From Psilocybe cubensis (Eukaryota), in the NCBI GenBank assembly GCA_017499595.2, contig CM039006.1:434001-498000 (forward strand): 64,000 bases of DNA, in the 5' to 3' direction. Below are positions 37,501-51,538 of the stretch, piece after piece. The stretch's first letter is position 1. Every line of letters begins with the position of its first letter. The notes under the pieces are model-generated. The model was not told where the DNA came from. It worked only from the letters and a program-made list of their open reading frames with translations, and ran no database searches. Both the position numbers and the translations under genes were made by a program.

Positions 37501-40500
37501 AGTTAGGAGAGTTAGAACGCAAACTCTACTAGGGACTTCTCCATCGAACATCTGAAAAGCACCTTTCCGCAAAATATCCGAGTAGGTCTTCTCTAGACCT
37601 GAACGACCTCCGGGACTCCGTGGTAAGTTCAATGCAGATCCGTGAGGCTACCTTGATAGTCATCCTCCAACGGCCTTTAATCTGTAAGGAAATGAATGTT
37701 CTACGCAAAGCACGCCGGAGAGTATGGACGAGTAATATGTCGTTGTCATCATCCTCAGGGCTGTCGGGCTCCTGTCCTGTAAGAAAAGGACTAGGGGCCT
37801 CCTTACTAATTGGATAGTCGCAACAGAACCTCTTCAAACCTTTTTTGTCGTAAACGCCAGCTGTACCATGGCAGTGATGTGTGCACCAAGAAGCACAGAT
37901 ATGTGTGTTGTGTTATCACTTTCTCCCATCTCTTTCATCTTTCTATCTAAACTCTATTTGTGCCAGGCATTCGGTATATGTCTGTCATTTCGAGGTTGGT
38001 CGTAGTCTCCTTGACGTTGATGATCCATACCTTTTGCAACGCAGACTTTACCACGTATTCGCACGAAGAGATTCTCAGAGTACTTTACCCTCGTTTCTAC
38101 GGAACCTGTATATTTGGTCGATAGGCGGTCCGGACACAGCTTGGTGGTAGTTGACGTTAGTGTCTCCTTCCATTGCCATGGTGGGCCGCCGGGATCTCAG
38201 GCACTGACTTTGCGATACTTACCTACCTTCTTTAGTATGACCCTGAGCTGCTTGAAAGCCAAACCATTTATCAAGGGACCATTGTCCTTCAAACACAACG
38301 GATGAAACGGTATTCTGTTTCTACGACTTCCCTGGTACCAGAGAGCGATACGTTGTGTAATTTTCTCATCTGTTATATATCCAGAGTTTATATGCAGATT
38401 TCCGGCCGTCATTCTGAGGCGATTTCATGGGAGGGAATAAGAAAGAAAATGCACTGAATAGGAAAGCAATAATCTAGCAAGAATAGATTATGCGGGTCCG
38501 ACCGTAACGCTCAAGCCTTTGGGAAAGAGAAAACTCTCACTGACAAGGCTTCTCATCCATATTCTGGAATTCTTTCATCTTTCTATTCCAATTGTTTTCA
38601 TTCCTTTCATATGCTTTCTCTCCACCACGATATGCATTCTTATGTCATTTATGCTTTCTTCTTATTCCTATGGCGTCAAGGTTATTGATAAGATGGTGTG
38701 GACTTGGTGCTGTAGCCGAAGATGACTATACTTTGCATTCTTTGTTGGTGATTAACAACAGGCGTGGCTTTCGCCTTCGGATATTCGTTGTAGCAGAAAA
38801 CCACAGCAGAGCAAACCAGCCTTCGCGCCTTCTCGGCTCACCCTAAAATAAAGAGCATCCTCCGGACCAGGTCACCCGAAAGAAAAGCGTACACATAGTA
38901 ATTCGCTCGAAGGTCGAACTCAAGATCGGTTTCTCCGTCCATTCGTCCGCTGCTGGCAGTCCGCTAATTGGCCTTTTTATAGGTGTTGTCAAATCTGCAT
39001 TTTTACAGGACTAGGCCGAGGCGCTCACTATCTTTGTGTACCTGCACAGCACATGTATGGACTGGCTTCGCTCATCTTTGCGTGCTCAAGCGCTGACGTG
39101 TCGGTTTATGCTACGCTGGCTAAAATGCATCTTGATGCTGTGGCAATGTTCCTATTCTCGCGGAACTCGGGTGTGTCAGTGATATCGCTACTCTCGCTTT
39201 CTAGCAGTTTTGCGGACAGCGATAATGGCTGGTATTATTAAATCGACCCGTATCCCGTTTTTGCGCTGTTGAGAGTGCGCATTGTATAACTTTCTCACCA
39301 TACCCTTTCGAAAGCGTAGTATTAATAGCGTGCAGTAGGTGAGACGGTCAGACCGGCAAGTCGGGAAAGGCACCTAACACCTAAGTACTGTACTTCGGAA
39401 CTGCTGCTTATGCTCAATCGCGCAGCGCTGGCGCTGGAATTGGATGCACTGTGCATGCATAACGCATATCTGACGTGAGCTATCCCATCCCGAATCTGTC
39501 GGGTCGGTTCCCTATGCTACCGTCCATGGTTAATCTCTGAGCACCCTTGACATTTTCTCTCTGGTTGGCGTATTTGCCAGTGACAGGTATATCGGAGGGC
39601 ACAGCCAACGAGAGACTTCGCAGCGTACATCCTGGACCGCTCACCAGTCAAATAACCTTTGGTCGAGCTGACTACTACGACATACAATACCATGGCCATT
39701 GCCATTGAATTGTATTATACAGCGCTGCCATTTCTGTGAAGCCTTAGGCTACAGACGGTGTTACGGGGATACGGAGTCGGTAAATGCTCAGAATGGATTG
39801 ATGGGGGAGTCAATACAACCGTCTTGTGTCGCTAATTTGCCGAAGCGTGCCATTTGCGTGTTGTGCTCATGGTTTCAATTGAGAGAAAAGAAAAACTGTG
39901 GCGTAACGTTTCTTGGCACCCTATATTAGGCACGCGGTGTACGTTAGCTCTTACGTTTTGGACGTTGACCCGGGATTGTGGAGGGGAGGCGCAGACAGCC
40001 AATCATTTCGTATCGGTATGTGACATAGAGTTTTGCTCGTATGTTGCGTAGTGTAGAGTAGCGTACCTTACTTCCAGCGTCTCCATGGTAGAACTAGAAT
40101 GTGAATTTAAACGCACTTTTATTGAATTCAGATGTAAACCCGCACGGGCGATTCCGAACATCAGAGTCCCTCTGGTCCTGGAGTCGGCCGTGCATAGGCA
40201 CCACAGAGTTTCTTTCTACATGGGGCATGTGCTTACCACACAACCCAACCAACTTGGTTGGTGCATCAAGGTCCGCACGACGGCATAGGGCAGATTCAGA
40301 CTATGCCGGCATCTGTATTATTCAAGTTCTTTCTTTCCTGGAACCTTTCAATTGCAAGGCGAAGAAGCTGTCAGTCGTTCAAGCTTCAAAGCACTGATAT
40401 ACATTACATTACACTACAGTAATGATTGATCAGTAATCAGGAATCAATGATCATGCATATGGACTGTATTTGTGATATACCCACTCCGCGTTCTATTTCC

Positions 40501-43500
40501 TACGTGCGGGCCTGTGGCCGTCCGGGGCGATTCGCGAATGCCAGTACTAGTGCGTGCGCAACGCGGTGTTTGTCAACGGCATTGGCAGGCGGCATCATGC
40601 GGCGGGGGCACAAGCGAGCAAAAGTGCATCATAGATGATGTATGCACACACCGGCCATTTTCAGAGCGGGTGTTGGCCATGGGTAACGGGGACCCCCTTG
40701 CGATGAACCAGCCAGAGCCAGAACCGCTCTCACACGTACCCATCAGAGGCAGAAATGATACATTGATAGATGTATACAATACAAACGTAGGCCCGTCATG
40801 CATCATTGATTCATCGGTAACTTGATTTTTTTGGTGGATAAGATTCAAGGTGGGGAGCGAGCCGATGCCACTGGCACTGGCACCCACGGCAGGGCGCCAC
40901 ATCCGACTCGGAGTTGAGATCAAAAGTTGTGGTTATACTTAGTTAGTTATACTTATGAGGGTTGGTTGGGCAGTGGGACTTGGGTGACTGGAGAAGAACG
41001 ATGGGCGTGTGCGAGGCGTGAGCTCAAGCTCAGTCTAACCTGAGTCAGATCCATGTGTTGTGTGAGTTCTAGTTTTAACTTTAACCACTATCCGCCGTGA
41101 TTGAGCGTCTAGGGCATTGAATTCAATATGGTTATCGGGTTATAGACCAGAAATATATCACTTCGCTTCGCTTCGTGCGAGCGAGCGAGCGAGTAGGCAG
41201 ATAGTTAATCATTAGATTTAATTACACTGTTACAGAGCGTTCAGACGTTTTACTATTTACCTAGCCGGAATCAGGCTAGCTTGCTTCGTTCCTTGATTGG
41301 TTCACGAATTATGCACTATTCACTAGCACGGTCGTTGGACAACCGCGAAGGTGAAGCGCAGGGAGAAAAAAAAAGGGCAGATGGGTTTCAAGTTGTTAAT
41401 TCTTTCTTACGCTTTAAATATCGACTCGGACGGTGTAAAGCCAAAGCCAAAGCCAGACCCGATCTCCCTCGAATCTAATCTAATCTGATCTTTTGCTTTG
41501 CAAGTTGCAATACATTTTGCACACCTTTTTTTTTTTTTTTTTTTCTTTTTCTTTTTCTTCTTTTGGTGCTGGGTGCGGGGAGTGAGAGATACTTTAATTG
41601 ACGGTGCACTTGCAGCAGCGGTACCTCGCGATCTCCGACTCCGAGCGTCGAGCTTCGAGCTTCGAGCTGCGAGCTTCCTAGAAATGCTGATCTGATCAGC
41701 TTGAGGCTTGAAGGCTCGAAGGCTCGAAGGCGACAGCGACACGCTCACGCTTCCATTCCTTGTCGGAACAAGTGTGCAGATCAGCTGTCAAAATTTTTCT
41801 TTTGAAGCGAGAGGGAGAGGCCGAGAGTTTGGGTTTGGGGTCTATCTGGTGGCTTGAGGGTTCGAGGGTGCGTTCGGGACTTTGAGTTCAGGTGTTTGGG
41901 AATTTAATGAGGTCTAGGTGCGTGTGGGAGGGTGTGATCATTACAGTCGATGCTATGTCGATCGTTGATTAATGATACTGCAAGAAATGGGGATGGAGAT
42001 GAGGGTTATGAGGGTGAGGGTGAGGGTGAGATGACAGTCAATTTAAATTAATGCAAGTTGAGTCCAATGCTCGATAAATGATCGACAATGATCTGCCTCT
42101 GCCTCTGCCTCTGCCTCTGCTTCATTGTGCACATCTAACAGTTTTAAGATAGTATACTAATCACGCTACGTCACCTCACAGTCCATGAATAAGTTAGTTT
42201 AATTTCATTTAAGTTGAGCTTGAACGTTGAACGTTTGAACTTTTGAAGAATTAGACTTGAAGAAAAAGTTAAAAAGTCATCAAATGGAATTCATCCCCCC
42301 CAAATTCAAAGTATGCCACTGATCAACAAAAAAAAGGTTACTTACTGTGTTGCTTTGCTTTGCTTTTACTCTACTCTACTATACTATACTCTGCTCTGCT
42401 CGGGACGTCTACGCGTCCGAGGTAACAGTTCTGTATACATTGCGTTGCGTTGCGTTGTGTCGGGGGTAGACTGGACCGAGGGTCCATTCGTTCGTCTGTT
42501 TGTTCAACGACTCGGTCGGATATTGTCCTTCCAATTCGTTCAGTCCCCTTTCAGCGCGCGTGCTGGAGCTGGAGCTGGAGCTGCTACCCCCGGCCCTTCT
42601 GGAAATGTTACAGAATTTACGAAGTGGATATTTGGATATTAAAATGTTAAAATCTTAACGCCGGGGCTTCAATGTTCCTTCCCCTTTCCCTCTTCCCCCT
42701 TCCCATTATGCCCCTTGCTCACTCCCGGTAGAGCTTACATGCATGGACTCACTGGAAAACGACATCGTTTGATAGGTGATAGGATAAGTAAGCTAATAAG
42801 TAAGCTAATAAATGAGGATAGGATAGGTAGGATGGGATAGGTGATAGAATGGGATAGGGATACTCAGTAAATCCCCGAATGGGAAAACGGGTGTTATAAT
42901 TTGAATTCGAATGTGAGCAGTAAGGTCGTTTTCTTGTTAGCAGTCGCGATGAGCTCTGTGCTATACTCTATGTGCTATGTGCTATATTCTACTTACACGC
43001 AGGCGCAGGCGTAGGGGAAGGCCCGGTGATGCTGGTGCTGGTGCTAATACCGATGGTAATATCAATATCAATATCGATTGTAATATCGATGCTGAATGAT
43101 GATGCTCATCATGGTAGGGTGAGAGGGGAGTCTAGACCTCTGGCACGCGCTTGATATATCGTATATCGTATATCGTATATGCTATATCGCGCATTGGATG
43201 TGGATGTGGATGTGGACGGGGATGGGGACAGGCGGTGATAGATATAACTATTGCTGAAGCGGAGCGGGAGCGTGAATGGGAGCGTGAATAGGATGGGAAA
43301 GCAGCAAGCTTTGATTGCTGCACGCTGAGCGCTGCGCCCCTCAGGTAAGAAAGAAACGAACAAACGAACGAACGAACGAACTTCAACCAACGAATGAATC
43401 ATCCGAGACACAGAGAGAGAGTCATGGGCACGCGCAGTTAATACGCGGGCAGGGGCGGCGCTGGTGGATATTTGCGACTCGCGACTCACCATGCGACTCG

Positions 43501-43695
43501 GGACGCGACTCACGACTCGTGCATGACGCGACGCGAGGAGATTGTCTGTGCGTCAAGTTCGAGTGTCATGCGTTCGAGCGAAAGAGGGCATGGACACTAT
43601 CAGATATCGAGGATAGTGAACACAGCCGCGGCTCGAGTTCGAGCTCGAGGATGGAAAGATGGGTGCCAGTTGGAAGAGGGTGATAGGCGCCAGCC

Positions 43696-43768
43696 AGAGT
43701 GAGAGCGAGAGCGAGAGCGAGAGTGAGGGTGAGGGTGAAAGTGAAAGTGAAAGTGAGAGCGAGAGTGA

Positions 43769-43827
<59 letters not shown>

Positions 43828-43895
43828 AATGTGAAAGTGAGAGCGAGAGTGAAAGGGAAATCGAAATCGAAAGCGAGAGTGAAAGTGAAAGCGAG
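43696..43895. repeat. Hexamer-periodic purine-rich array including (GTGAGG)9
   Basis: Nine perfect GTGAGG units at 43771-43824, embedded in in-phase GAGAGC, GAAAGT and GAAATC variants. Confidence 0.9.
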
Positions 43896-45651
43896 AATGC
43901 CAGTGACGCAAGCGACACGCGCAGGCTTCGACATTCGAACGCGTCGCGGTGAAGCTGAAGCTGAAGGCGAGCGCAGACGCTATCATATCGCATTTGCATT
44001 TGCATTTGCATTTGATGTGTATGCGTATGCGTATTCGTATGTGTATGTGTATGCCTATGAGAACGCGTATGCGTATCGTATCGCATGCATATACGTGTCC
44101 CATCCTATCCTAGCCTATCCTATCGCATGTGTATGCCTATGCCTATGCGAACGCGAACGCGTAGGCGTCGCGTATGCCTGTACAGTGCGTGTACGCATAT
44201 ACGCACAAAAGTTCAAAAATAAAATCAAAAATAATCAAAACCGAATGACGAATGTCGAACGACGAACGAGATCGCGGACCCCGATCGCGATGGTCGGGGT
44301 ACACGCACGTACCGTCCGGATATAGGCACAAGGTCCCTCCAGCGAATGAACCGGTTCGACTTTCGTTCGCCCACATCGTCCAGTGTAGCCCAGATTTGAG
44401 ATTCGAGTGAGATTTCGTCTTCCCCTCTTCCCCGTTCCCCGTTCCTGTTCCCCGCATGTGGATGGGACCCCCCTTTCCCCTTTCTTTTCCCTTCCGGCTT
44501 GACCACTGGGACCCCGGAACTGGTACCCCTGTTGGTTGGGGAAGCTGGGAAGGGAAGGGAAGCAGGGAAAGGGGAGAAGGAGGGGAAGAAGGAGGGGAGA
44601 GGGGTGGTTTGAGATGAGATTGGAGATGATTTTGGAATTTTGCTCAGATGAAGTTGACGATGTCGTTGGGGTATTAGACTGGTATTAGTATTAGTATTAG
44701 TATTGTTTGTGTGGTTTGTGGTTTGGGTGTGGGTTGATTAGCTGGCTGGGTCGGTTGGGTTGGTTGGGTGACCGGTTTGGTATATACGTATATGTATATT
44801 CGTATATGGAAGTAGAAGTGGAAGGTATAAGTAATAGATGGAAGCGGTTGTCGGCCGGGGTTTCGGTTTCCCTTTTTTTACCTGTTCGTCTGGTCCTTGT
44901 CATCGTTCGTGTCATTGTCATCGTTCTTCGTTCATTGGTCATTGGTGCTCGTTCCTTGGTGCTGTCCGTGTTCTTCGTCGTTCGTCAGCGAGATAGTGTC
45001 CTCCTCGAACGCAACGCGAGCGTGGCCTGCGATAGCTGATACGATACGATATCCGGTACCGCGCAGATATTGATTGAATTTGCGTGCTTTTCTCCCCCTC
45101 TCTCCTCTTCGCTTTCACCATTCCACACCGCATTCCATAACTCGCATCCGCACCCGGATTCCATCGCCCACATTCCACATTCCGTATCCGGATTCGGCAT
45201 TACATATTCGATTCGATTCGACCCGCATCGCCTCCTGTCGTCGGTGGCCCCTGCGCGATCATCGCACACACCCACACACGCACGCACGCACGAACGGTCA
45301 AGCTATCCGGCGGCTACGCGGTTGTATCTCGTCTGCATCTACGTCCACACCACGTCTGCGTCTACATCCACGACCACATCCACTCGACCCGACTCGATAT
45401 TGCATAGCACAGTCCAGTCGTACCGCAACCACAGCACACTTCATTTCACTTTTTGAATCTTTGACATAACCCACCATAACGCTCAACACTCAACACAACA
45501 CTCGACGTACCACACTCAGTACTCAACCCACAACCCACACAATCAACCCACACACTCAACACGTAACACACACCTCTCATATTCTCAACCCTCAACCCAC
45601 AACCCTCAACCCACACACGTAACACCCACACCCAACGAATTCACATTCACA

Positions 45652-48600
45652 ATGTCCTTCTTCGCAAACTCGTACAAACCCTCGACAATCCGCCAAGAAG
45701 GGTTCTCACCTACACCCGTATCTGAGATGGGCGTAGGGAGCCCTGGTGCCGGTTCCGGGTCTGTTTCCGGGTCTGGTGCGGGGGAGAGTGAAAGTGTAGG
45801 CGCGGGAGGAGGAGGAGGTGCAGGAGGTGCAGGAGCGGGAGGAGCGGGGACAGGGACAGGGGGAGGAGGAGGAGGAGGGGATGGGTTCGATGATATCTTT
45901 GGGATGCCTGCGCATACGTATTTGGGAGAGGGGTGCGTGTTTTTTTTTTTTCGTTTTTTTGGGTGTTTTTTCCGTGTTTTTTTTTTTCGGATTTACGACT
46001 GTTTTTTTCGTTTTTATCGATTTTGTGGGCGTTTCGCTGGGTGTTTTTTTCCTGTTATTCTTTCTGTCTTTTTTCTGTGATATATGACGTGATATTGAGA
46101 CTCCTCCCTCTCTTTTTTTTTCCGGCTTTGGCTTTGGCTTTACCTTCCTTGAATTCGGATTCGATTTGGATCGTCCGCTCCGCTGTGCTGCGTTATCGAT
46201 TCGGCCGCCATTATTCGACTACGACTACGATACGCATCAAAACCACGCAACGCAACCATCATCCGAACATGACATGACATGTCAATCTACGCGATCTATG
46301 CCATTTCGTGCCGTGGTATATGCTATATATTCCCCCCTTCTTCCCGTTCTTCGCATTTCTGCTCTGTGCGATCATCGATCCTTGGGTTTTTTCCCCGCCC
46401 CCACAATCAATACCCCGCCCCCGCACTGCATCCATTCATCTACCCCGCATCGCATCCGGTGCCGCGTCCGCGTCCGCGCATGCGCATGTGTGTAACGGTG
46501 TGACACATCAGCCGCAAGTTCTCATCGGACCACCACAGCAATCATAACCACCATAACACACACACAAACCACACCAATCACAACCACAACTCCCACCACA
46601 ACTCCCACCACACAAATCATAACTCCCACCACGGCCATAACACCCACCACGGACAAGGGCACGGACAAGGGCATCACAGCGCACCGATGGACTTTGACGA
46701 GCTCGCTTCGTTAATGGGCGATCGATCGCCTCCTCCTCATTCTCATGCACCGCATTCTCATTCCCATTCCCACTCTCATTCTGGTACGTCGGCGTCGCTT
46801 GGGTCGACGTCGTCGCATTTCGGGGATGATGTTGGAGTGGGGAGTTTGGGCGCTACGAATGGCGGAGGTGGGAATGGAGGAGCGGGAGGGACAGGGGGAG
46901 GAGGAGGGACAGGGAAGTATGGAGCGGGTACGACGCATAATATATTCGATATTTCCGCGCCCCACTCGCATCATAGTGGCCATAGCCATAGCCATGGTGG
47001 AATAGGTGTGGGAGGGGGACAGTACCAGTTCAACTCGACGCTTCCGGCGCTTAACTCGTCGATGCGGTATGAGCCGCTTGATCATCCCCATTCTAGCGCG
47101 AGTGGGAGTGGAAGTGCGAGTGCGAGTGCAGGAGGAGGGGGAGGCGGGAGCAGGCATACGCCGTCGCCTATTTCTATGCACGGCATGGGGATGGGGATGG
47201 GAATGGGTGGGATGAATATGGGCATGGGGTTAGGCGGTGCGATGGGCATGGGCATGGGGTTGGGCGGTGCGATGGGCTTGGGTGGGATGAACGTTGGAGT
47301 TGGAGTTGGATCGCCTAGTTTGGGCGCTGCTGAAGTGACGAATGGTGCTGCGGGGAGTGGCATGGGTACGGGGGGGACGGGGACGGGGACGGGGGGCAAT
47401 GGAGGGAGTAAGAGGACACCGAGTGTGGGCGGTGCAAGTTCGCGATCGCGCTCGAGGCCGCCTCATCCGCATTCGCATTCCTCGTCGTCTGCTGCTGCTT
47501 CCTCCGCCTCCAATGCATCTTCTTCTGCTAACACGTCCACATCAAACACCACATCAACGTCGTCTACTTCCACCTCGTCAAACGCAACCGCGACGACTTC
47601 GACTTCGACATCGACGACGACGACGCAGAAAGACACCTCCATAGGCCCAGCTAGGACAACCCGCACGAGGAGGAACAATAGCGTGAGCAGCACGAGTCCG
47701 CCGCCTTTTGGACATTCGCATTCGCATCATTCGCATCATCCCCACCACTCTCATCATTCTCATCATGGGCACTCGCATTCGCATCATGGTGGTGGGAGAC
47801 CGCATGCTATTGTTATTCCGGGGTCTGCTAGAGGTGGTGCGGGAGGAGGGGGTGGAGGGAATGGGGCAGGGGGAAATGGGGGAGGAGGAGGGAGTGGGTG
47901 GTTTGTTGGTGGGAGTTCGTGAGTGTTTTTTTTTCTTTGTGTTTTTTCGGAGTGTTTTGGTTTTTGGAGGTTTTGTGTGTGTGTTTTTTTTTTTTTTTTT
48001 TTTGGGGGGGGGGGGATTAATTTTTGGTTTGGATTTGTTTTGGAGGGGTTCGGTGGTTGGGTGGTTTTGAGGGTTTTGGGTGGTATTGATGGTGGGTTTT
48101 GCGTTTTGGGTGGTTTGCGTTTTGGGTGGTTTGCGTTTTGGGTGGTTTTTGGATTGGTTTTGGAGGGGGGTCGGGTTTCTGGGTTGGGGGTTGGGGTTTT
48201 TGGGTGGGCTGGGTGATTTTTTTGGGTTGGGTTTTTTTTGGTTGTTTTGGGGGGTAGCTAAAGGGATGGACTTTTTGTTACCCGGGTTGGCGTTGGCGTT
48301 GGCGGTGCTCAGTATGAGGTTTTGGTTCGCGTTCGCATTCGCATCGTCGTGATGCTGGGTGGTGGAGATCTAATCTTGCTTGGTTATCTTATCTTATCTC
48401 TAAGCTTGATGGGTTGATGATGGCTGGTACCCCTATCTCCCTCCCTCCCTATCTCTCTCTTTCGTTTCTTTGTTTTTTTTTTTTTTTTCTTTTCATTCCA
48501 CTATCATATTCATGAGTTGGTTTATGCGTTGTTGGTGTTCGCTTTTGTGGTCGGGGTGCTCAACGCGAGATTTGTTCGTATCGTCTGATGGAGATCTTAC

Positions 48601-51538
48601 GCTTGGGTTATCTTATCTCTCTCACCCTTGACCCCTATCTCTCTCTCTTTCTTTTCTTTTTTTTACTTTCGATTTTTTTTCTCAGCTCCCCTATCATCTT
48701 CACTATATCGTTTTCGAGAACAAAACTCAAAACTAACCTCTTTTCTTCACCTCATTTTTTACGTATAGCGCATCGGAGTACTCGCTGCCTACACCGTCCG
48801 ACACCCATCCGATCCCGCACCTCTCGCATTCTCCGCATTCGCATTCACACTCGCACTCGCATTCGAGCGGGTACACGCCATTCGGGCTCAGCCCGCCGTC
48901 GTCCTCTCTAGGCGACACCATCTCGAATGGTAACAGCACCTCCAACTCCTCGCACTCGAACGGGAACGGCAACTCGAATGGAAATGGAAGTGGGCTGAGT
49001 CTGCCCCCGGTGTCGACTCTACACTCGCCCATCCTCGGCGGACATGGGCATGGGCATCAGTATGGTATGCACTCGCCGTCGTCGCACCATGGACATGGAC
49101 ATGGGCATAGTCATTCGTTGTCGATGGGTATGAGCAAGCCGATGGATTTCGCGCTTCAGTCGCCTTCTTTACACGGCCACGGGCACGGCTCGCACCATCA
49201 CTCGCACTCGCACTCGCACTCGCACTCGCTTTCGCACTCGATACCGAAGAGTCCGTTAGACTACGGGCTCGGCGCGTATGCCCAATCACCCAGCAACGGC
49301 GGAGGAAATGGGAGTGCAAGTGGGAATGGGAACGGCGCGTCGGGCGCAGGCGCAGGCGCGTACGGGCTGAGTATGACGCCTCCGAGCGCGATGCTTGCCT
49401 CGCCGCTCATGGGCGCGCTCGGGCCGCTCGGCTCCGGGATGGGGATGGGCTCGATGGGTATGCCGTCTAGTCTTGGCTCGAGCGGTGCGGGTGGGATGGG
49501 GATGATGACTATGGGCCGGATTTCAGGGACCGGTGGTGGGAATAATAGTAATAATGGGAATGGGAATGGGAATGGTGGGAGTGGGGGTGCGAGTGCGACG
49601 GGGTTGGGTGCGACGCCGCTTTCGCCTGCTTCGTTGCCTTCTGCTGGGTTGAGCGGTCTCGGTCTCGGGCTTGGAGTCGGAGTTGGAGTTGGAGTCGGGT
49701 CTGCGGGTATGACAGCTACGAGTCCAACAGCTACATCACCCATCTCACCCTCATCCACCCCTTCCGCCGCCGCGCTAGGTTCCTCCGCCGCAGGAGCAGG
49801 AGCAGGAGCAGGAGGGGCATCGGCGGTGGACAAACAGTCGTTACTTGCGAATGAGAAGAGGCGCAGGCGGAGGGAGAGCCATAATGCTGTTGAGAGGCGC
49901 CGGAGGGATAATATTAATGAGAAGATTAGTGAGCTTGCGACGTTGATTCCGGAGTGTATGTTGGATGGGTCTGTGTCGGGGGGTGGTGGGGGTGGGGCGG
50001 GTGAGTGTTTTTTTCTTTGATTTTTGATTTTTGATTTTTGTTTTTTTTTGGGGGGGGGGTTCTTTTCTTTTTTCTGACGGCTAGCTAACAAACACACTTT
50101 TTACGCTTTTTTTTACGCTTTACATCTACCAGGCTCGCCATCCGCACATGCCGCCTCGCCAAGTGGGCTTCTGGACCCTTCGGATCCGCTCCTCCCTCTC
50201 CCACTACAATCCCAATCGTCGTCTGATAAGAAGGACAAGGATAAGGATGGTGTGGTGGGGATTAAAGAGGAGAATGGAGGGACGACGCCTACGGGTGCTG
50301 GAGGAGCGGGAGGAGCAGGGGGACAGGAGGAGGGAGGGGTTGTTAAAGCGAATAAGGGGATGATTTTGAGGAAGAGTGTTGAGTATATTAGGTGGGTTTT
50401 TGTTTGCGTTTTTCTTTTTTTTGCTGAGCTGAGGTGTTTGTGGTGTAGATATCTTCAGCAGCTCGTTACGGCGCAGGGCGCGCGCAACCGCGAGCTCGAG
50501 CAGGAGCTCAAGTCGTATCGCGGCGCTAACGCCAACTCCAGCTCAAACTCAAACTCCGCCTCCAACGTCAACGCCAACGCCAACGGCAGCCCATCAGATT
50601 CCTCCTCTGAACAAAACCAAAACTCGAGTAACGCGGGCGGAAAACTGTCGATGCGTAAACATCGGCTGGCGAGTCATGCGGAGGAGGAAGATGAGGATGA
50701 GGAGATGATGCTGCATGATGAGTATCAGGGTAACTCGGAGTCTGCTTCTGGCTCCAGTGCTTCCAACGCCAACAACTCCAACTCCAACTCCAACTCCAAT
50801 GCTAATACCAATTCCAAATCTACCTCCAACGGCACCGGCAACGGGAAAGGAAACACCAAGAAATCGTTCCGTTCCGGTGCTAGACTGCCTAGTATGCCCG
50901 AAGGAGGAGAAGGTGAAGGTGAAGGCGACGACGCTGATGAAGATGGAGATGGCGAAGATGGGTTCATGGATATGGGGATGGGGATGGGTATGAACATGAA
51001 CATGAACATGGGGATGGGGATGAATATGGGGATGGGTATGGGCATGGGCATGGGGATGAATATGAATATGATGGGGATGGGGATGGGTATGAATGGGATG
51101 AATGGGATGAATATGGGATTTGGGGATATGATGGGGCTTGATATGCAGGACCAGGACCAGGACCAGGATCAGGGGCATGACCAGGGACGCAGAGGCAGAG
51201 GCGGTGAGGGCGAGGGTGGGGACGGCGACGATGGAGGCACGGGTATGGACGTCGACGTCGACGACGATGATGGTGGTGGTGGTGGTGGTAGTGGTGGTGG
51301 TGGTGGTGACCACGATCACGCTACGCGCGACGGGCCGCTAGCTTTAGGTTCGTCCAAGGAACGTGGTCGGACGTCGACGAGGGGTGCTGGGAGCGGGCGG
51401 CGGGGCGGTAATGCTGAGAATGTGCATGGCAATAGCAAGGGCGGTGTGGGTGTGGTTACGGTGAATGGGACCAAGTTGAAAGAGGAGACGAGGGATGATG
51501 ATGAGGCGCTGTTTGGCGGGTTGAGTATGCAGACGTGA
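45652..51538 (+). CDS. bHLH-ZIP transcription factor (Rtg3/TFE/USF-like basic region), about 1366 aa, extremely low-complexity
   Basis: Exons 45652-45932, 46680-47918, 48769-50000, 50133-50391 and 50449-51538 join in frame (4101 nt). EKRRRRRESHNAVERRRRDNINEKISELATLIP ... KANKGMILRKSVEYIRYLQQLV...RELEQEL. Confidence 0.88.

Noticed and set aside
35281-38850. Possible decayed minus-strand gene(s)
   Set aside because: The patches look coding-like but have many stops and no recognisable motif or consistent exon chain.
43109-45631. ORFs encoding (RV)n, (SL)n, (HP)n and (ES)n peptides on both strands
   Set aside because: Hexamer repeats keep all frames open; there are no domains or splice structure.
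49261-51319. Long antisense ORFs opposite the bHLH gene (also 26561-27226 opposite the Ser-rich gene)
   Set aside because: They are shadow frames of low-complexity coding sequence.
45652-51538. Identification as the psilocybin-cluster regulator PsiR
   Set aside because: The basic region (ESHNAVERRRRDNINEKI) is Rtg3/TFE-like rather than the Cbf1-like type I recall for PsiR, and no psi biosynthetic genes are present.
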